A stretch of 64,000 nt of DNA from Ramazzottius varieornatus (lineage: Eukaryota > Animalia > Tardigrada): the NCBI GenBank assembly GCA_001949185.1, contig BDGG01000004.1:211620-275619 (forward strand), given 5' to 3'. Position numbers and translations under genes: made by a program. The notes beneath the pieces are model-generated. The model ran no database searches. It saw nothing but the letters and a program-made list of their open reading frames with translations, and was not told the DNA's origin. This document shows positions 59,201 through 64,000 of this stretch, one piece after another; the stretch's first letter is position 1; each line of letters starts with the position of its first letter.

Positions 59201-60974
59201 ATGGAAATCGGCGTCGTTTTTCTTTTCCTCTTTGCTATCTTTCTTCCCAGTATTCCTGGCTTGAAGGTGACGTTCTTCGGTCAGGAGCAGTATCAGGGTA
59301 AGTGCACATATTGCCCGTCTTTCTTCGGGACTTCTGATGGATTTTCGGTCCGCGCCCTAACGTAATACGAACGTATGCTAACTTCTTACTTTACCAGGTT
59401 CCAACAACAGCTTGGATGTCTTTAATAACTGCATGGACAGTAACGGTTTCGGTATCCGCCCAAACTCTCTAAAGTTATCAGATCCCAGCAAGTTAGCGTC
59501 GTCTCTGGGGAATCTATGTGTCAAGTTATGGCAAGGAAGAAGATGCACCGGTGCGTCGTACCTCGCGATCGGAGATAAACCCGCCCTAACCGATCTCTTC
59601 AATGACACCCATTCTGTTAGCAATTGTGCTATGGGCAACGTAAGTCCAAAAGAAAAATATTTGGGGCTTTTCCCAAACAAACATCTCACCTTGTGACGCT
59701 TCGACAACTACGAGACACTACTTTGAACGTGGCTTCGTTCGTTTTCCGTAAATCCAGGCATAAGATAAGGGATTCTAAAGTCCTATATTTCGGCATGTGT
59801 ACTGATCATTTTGGCTCTTTCGTTGTAGGGAACTCACCCACCTGCAATCTGGAGAGAACACTGGTATGAGCACGTGGAAGACCTCGAGCGCGTCTACTTC
59901 GATAAAGACATCGCAGTCTACTACGACTCGGCGGTCGATCGAGGCATCACCTGGCCCTTCAAGTACATCGGCGACATCTGGCGGTACACCAAGCAGACCT
60001 ACGGAAACTTCAGCCCAGACAACCGGCTGTTCGCGGTTCTTCACCACGGTCGGTACCATGGAGCCCACATGTCAACCCACACCAGCGCCACGCACGATTT
60101 TCGGACCCTGATCGATGGCGGGGTACCCGATGATCAAGGCTGGGCGACCGGACCAGCCTGGCGTCGTCACGAGGGACTCGAGGCTGTCGATATCCTGGTG
60201 AACGAGATCGGTGTTATCGTTGAGCACAGCGCCAAGGGCGTCATGGGTTCTCCTGCTCGACCCATATGGAAGAATGTCTGGGCGGAACTGTTTGCGTTCG
60301 ATGTGTTCACAGCCACCGGAAGACAGGAAGATGCTGATCGAATCTACAGCCTCGCTATTGAGAAGAAGGTCTTGCTGCGCGGTCTACCCTTTAAGCTCTT
60401 CGAAAGCTGGTTCTACCCAATCTATAAGAATTACGGTGGAGCAAAGGTGATGAATAAGTTTCTGACGTTATTGTCGGAAAACTTTCCCAAGGAGACGCTC
60501 GGCAACAAGTGGAGTAGATACTCGCGAGATCTGAACTACGGCGAGCTGGTCCACTTCTGGAACGGTGCCACTGGCGTGAATTTGAAAAACCTAGCAGATG
60601 TGGCATTTCCTTTGGCTTACAGAGGACAATTGTTGAATGCACAACTGCTTTTTCCCGCGGCCACTTACAACAGGACCGCCGTGGATTTCGCAACTGCGAC
60701 CACACCAGCGCCCAACACAACCAGAACCAGACCTCCAAGTTTACCAGCTAGCTTATCGGAAAGTCCAAGTGGTACTGCCGTTCAGCTGACTAGTCAGGAA
60801 GAAGGCAGTTTGGCTTGGAAGGGTGGTCTGATTGCGTGGGGCGTGGTCACCACATTGATTTTGATTGCCCTGCTGGCTGGCGTCTTGTTTGTGGTAGTCC
60901 GCAAAAGAAGAATGCTCGGGTCTTCCGGAAACAGAATGCTCCTTCGAGAAGACGATCTATCTGCTAACATGTGA
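59201..60974 (+). CDS. Type-I membrane protein: signal peptide, beta/gamma-crystallin-like module, bacterial-type metallopeptidase-like domain with a degenerate HExxH, Thr/Pro/Ser stalk, TM helix, short tail. Exons 59201-59297, 59398-59639, 59829-60974
   Basis: Three exons splice in frame. The product runs MEIGVVFLFLFAIFLP (signal), VTFFGQEQYQG / CVKLWQGRRCTG, PPAIWREHWYEH...NEIGVIVE...WAELF, and the TM GLIAWGVVTTLILIALLAGVLFVVV followed by RKRR. Confidence 0.85.
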
Positions 60975-61487
60975 TGTTTCTATTCGCGTCGATACCATAA
61001 AAAGTACTTACGCTCTAAACCTCTTTTCGTTTCAGTCTCACACTGTGTGTCCACGAAATCCACGCACCTGTACATATGAGTAACCTGTACTGGCAGTTTT
61101 CAAGGGCTTTTGCGTCAGTGTTACGTGCTCAGGCATCTAAAATCGTTTACTTCCATTTTTATATGCACGACAAGCAAAAAAATTTCTGCGGCAACGCGTA
61201 AATTCGGCTTCGAGTGGCCGCGGTTCTGATACTTTGCTCATCTTACCGTGGCGGTGTCAGACCTTTTAGGTTTGTCAGAAGAAACTATCTGGTTTCTGGC
61301 CGTCCCGCCGTTCTCACCTTCAGCCAATCTACCCCGTTCGAACGCCAGTGTGTTGTTGTCTGGACCGAAGACTGGAATATATTATGGGAAGATGGTGGGT
61401 CACTGTGGGTAAGTTATCGAGAATCGAGCTGTCATGCTCGAACAATGCGCAGGAATTTCAGGTGCGGAGTAGAGAAGTGTGACATTT

Positions 61488-62357
61488 ATGACGTTTTTTT
61501 CCTCTTCAGCTTGTATGCTTATTTCCGTAACATCCCTACTAGCGGCAACAGCCCCACGTGACAACGGTCAACGCGACGAGAAAGGAAATGTTGCGGTCCA
61601 GCAGCCCAACACTTCTGCCACTGCTGGTTCTCCAAACAACGTAAATCACAACGACACCAATCCAGAGAACCTTCCGACACGTAGCAATGTTACGATGACA
61701 CAGGCCAACAGTAAGGTTAACACGTCAAGTGTTTCGATTCCCGTGAAACGCGACGACCACCACCACTTTGCTGTCAAACTGCCGCCATCTAACAGTACGG
61801 AGCACAGAGAAGCTATCTTAGCAGAAACCCTCGCAGCTTTGACGAACCTGAAGCTAGCCCAGCGAAAAAGTGCTAACTCAACCACGCTTCCTGCTGCCCC
61901 TGCTGCCACGACTTCAGCCAACAGTAGTCATCTCGCCTTGCATCAGCAGAATGTCTCGGCTGAACACCACAGCGACCCGACTCCTAGCCTGCCGTCACCA
62001 GACATGAAATTGGTCCACATAAACTCCAGACTGGTGCAGGACCCCAAAGTTGCGCAGATGGTCAGCAGTCATACTTCTTGGGAGTCTCCGCTGTACAGCA
62101 CCAGAGTGGCCTTGGGTTTCTTCGTCGTATTCACCCTTGCGCTGTTGATTGGATCCGTTTTGATGTACCGTCGCATGCACAGGTAAGGTAAGACATTTGA
62201 TCACTGGGCGTGACTGCTACTGTATTATTAAATGGGAACTGCTCATGATGATATCAGTGCTTTCTGGGGTTTTAGAATGAGAGAGGAAGACCGTACAGTG
62301 TTCTCCTCCACAAGTTACGGCGACTTAAGGAACCATAATTACGACTTGGCACTGTAA
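61488..62357 (+). CDS. Mucin-like single-pass membrane protein of unknown function. Exons 61488-62182, 62276-62357
   Basis: Signal-like N-terminus, Ser/Thr/Asn-rich ectodomain with many NxS/T sites, and TM VALGFFVVFTLALLIGSVLM followed by YRR. The second exon is in frame and ends SYGDLRNHNYDLAL*. Confidence 0.7.
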
Positions 62358-62782
62358 CGCATGATCGGATGATAGCTCGTGTCGCTGTTTTCCGTGGTCT
62401 TTCTTTTGTTCATCTCTTTCTGTTGAGTTGTTACAGTACCTTAAACCTATCGCAGTCTACAGTTGCTCCAGTATAGTGGACCGATAGTTCTAACAAAACT
62501 CTCGAGTTTGTCCGGGGCTTACGAGCGAACGTAGCATTATTTTGATCTGATGGCACCGATAACCATGTCGGCGATTCTCTCATTAAACTGAGTTTGATGA
62601 AAGCTTCAAGCTTGTCCGCATCATGCTGCCGTACATGTACCGTTCATCGATCAAAGACATTTATTTTGCATCACCCATTTCGCGGTGTGTACGCACTTCT
62701 CTGGAACTTTGCCAGGCTCCTTCACGGAAACAAATGTTGCCGAGCTGAGGATCCTTCCGTTCTCTCAGACAATGGTAGTTTA

Positions 62783-63349
62783 TAGAGAAGGGATAAGTGT
62801 GATTAAGTTCGGTTTGGTATATTTCGATTCGGTAAATCCTCACACCGAATCGAAAGTCTCGGTATGAAGTCCACACCGATATTTTCAGTTTGGCAACTCG
62901 TCAGACAAAAATTTCAATTTACCAAACCGGATCACACCGAAAAATCGGTAAACCAAAACATAAAAAATCTCTTGTCGACGAAAACACAAGACGGAGCTAG
63001 CCCAAAACGGGGATTTCGTAAGCTATTTGGTGTGTCTTCAGACGGTAGAAGCGTTTTCCCATACCGCGTGGTTTGGCTAGCTAGCACCAAATACCGTGAA
63101 AAAGCCGGAAACTTTCCCGATATTGTAAAAAAATTGGTCAAATTCTTATCTTTCCGGGTCTTTCTGTATGTTTTGATTTACCTAAAGATTTCGATTTGGT
63201 ATCGATTTGGTGCGAACGCACACCGAGAAATCGATTTTTCGGTGTGGGGCTGACACCGATGTTTTCGGTTTCGGTATCTTCTCACACCAAATCGAAAAGT
63301 TCGATTTAGTTTCGATAAATTTCGGTAAATCACACTTATCACATCTCTA
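62783..63349. mobile_element. hAT-type MITE related to 41245-41799
   Basis: Ends TAGAGAAGGGATAAGTGTGATT / AATCACACTTATCACATCTCTA with CACACCGA/TCGGT repeats. It shares AAGTGTGATTAAGT with the 41245 element. Confidence 0.8.
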
Positions 63350-64000
63350 GACTAGTTTACCAGTGTCAGCTCTCCTTCGTAACATTGCAGCACGCAATGC
63401 GATTGTCTGCTTTACTGATCTGTTCCCAACGTTCGATGGATTGGCCAACGTTCGATGGATTGATCCACAGCAGGATCCTGCCATTTATATGAAATTTATC
63501 CAGTACACCGTGAAAGACGACACGGAATTGCTAAGGTGCTACCATGTCAAGTTCATGTTTGCCAGAGCTGAGTGGGAACCGTGCTGGAATTCTGCTTGTG
63601 ACAATGCCTGGACCGAATATTGCGACCTAGACTCCCACACGAACCATGTCCGGAACAGCATGAAGCCATAGTGTGACAGTTTTAACGCCTCATCTTGTCT
63701 CCTGACGCCTGACTCCGAACCTTTGCCAACAATGTGCGGCGGTATACCTCTTCGGTCTCTACTGAGCCTGAAGGTGGCGCATGCGTGCATTCCAGTTGGC
63801 TATAGACTATAGTTTGGCGATACATGAAAATGTTCCGCTGCTATACTTACAGGACGGACAAACGCCCTTAGTCCAAGCCTGCGCTTATTTCACTCTAACG
63901 TGGGACCAAGTCCAACAGCATCTTTTTGCTTCGCTCAAAACTTCAACTATAATTAAGATGAACATTTCCAGTGTTGTCCTTTTTCAAACCAGTACTATGC

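Noticed and set aside
59829-60974. Bacterial contamination
   Set aside because: The domain is joined in frame to spliceosomal-intron exons and a TM tail, and lies among ordinary metazoan genes.

Overview
This is eukaryotic (invertebrate metazoan) genomic DNA with short GT-AG introns and three 50-N assembly gaps. It is tardigrade-like in overall character, but that is a guess. Hand-spliced genes: (1) the 3' part of a GH47 alpha-1,2-mannosidase; (2) a secreted CRISP-type protein (CAP + ShK-like domain + Thr stalk + two chitin-binding-like domains); (3) a 12-exon MAST kinase that appears to carry an extra N-terminal SAM-like domain; (4) a Rab28-like GTPase; (5) two frameshifted, head-to-head paralogous orphan GPCRs; (6) a GPI-type Ly6/three-finger protein; (7) a neuropeptide-type GPCR with D2.50G and DRY->DQF substitutions; (8) an ERI1-family DEDDh exonuclease; (9) a type-I membrane protein built from a crystallin-like module and a bacterial-looking metallopeptidase-like domain that lacks its zinc histidines; (10) a mucin-like single-pass membrane protein. 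The 25-45 kb region is rich in transposons. It holds an intact intron-containing Tc5-like DDD element in a CTNAG site, a CRE-clade RLE retrotransposon with a 10-bp TSD nested in another element's inverted repeat, a ~780-bp fold-back, and many hAT- and Tc1/mariner-type MITEs. There is no CRISPR array, rRNA gene or convincing intact tRNA.
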